64,000 bases of DNA from Octopus vulgaris (Eukaryota): positions 85,746,001 to 85,810,000 of the forward strand of contig OX597814.1 of assembly GCA_951406725.2 (NCBI GenBank), read 5' to 3'. Under the pieces are notes generated by a model, which saw only the letters and a list, made by a program, of their open reading frames with translations, had not been told where the DNA came from and did not search any database. This document shows positions 63,444-64,000 of this stretch, in pieces (the stretch's first letter is position 1; each line of letters opens with the position of its first letter). Made by a program: the position numbers and the translations under genes.

Positions 63444-64000
63444 GTGTTCGTGCGTGCTGGCCAGTAACCAGTACGAAGCAGTCGCGACAGTTTTCTTCGT
63501 ATAAAGTTTAGTACTAAATTTATGATTGTTAGCTAATGATATATGAGCACGATACGGAAACTGATTTATACTTACGTTATATATGTAGAAAGTACTAAGC
63601 ACACTTGATTTTTATTAAAATAAATTCATGCTTGTATTTCGCCAAAATATTTTAGTCCAATAAATAATATAAAGTATTTACTGTAGTCTAAATATCATAA
63701 GTAAAAAATAATTATATTAAATGTTCGGCTGGAAATTAGTAAGATTACTTTTTACGCGTAATATTTTTGCCAAGTTGCTCCATATAATGATATTATTTGT
63801 TTTTATTACGGGCATAATTGAATTTATATATTAAATAACACTTCGGTCTAATTTTTTAAAGCCACAAATCTCTAGATTCTAACCGTCGTAAACCACAGTT
63901 AATAATAATGAGAAAATATTTCAAAAGGAAAATAAAAATTATCTTTGTATGGCTTACACAGTTTTTTCGTTTGAGAGCCGATTTGAACAGAGTTGGAGTG

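Noticed and set aside
63460-64000. Possible transposon start at the window edge
   Set aside because: Truncated by the window; no second terminus or ORF to support it.

Overview
AT-rich, microsatellite-saturated eukaryotic DNA. The repeat content resembles coleoid cephalopod (octopus-like) genomic DNA; this is an inference from the tRNA-derived SINE families and repeat style, not a database match. I found no intact host protein-coding gene, and nearly all listed ORFs are microsatellite artefacts. The window is a transposable-element graveyard: a full-length but frameshifted mariner, Tc1/mariner remnants, non-autonomous Helitrons, RTE, Tx1-like, CR1-like and R4/Dong-like LINE fragments, a Penelope-like (GIY-YIG) element and several SINE families. 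The main signal is a set of about 15 type I hammerhead ribozyme (HHR) motifs, intact to degenerate, in about ten non-coding retroelement families. These include retrozyme-like ~350-570 nt tandem monomers, a tRNA-headed SINE with an HHR tail and Penelope 3' tails. Six insertions share a head-to-head (5'-to-5') inverted architecture, several within (TA)n. One retrozyme-like unit is interrupted in its stem by an ORF1-only Tx1-like element with a target-site duplication.
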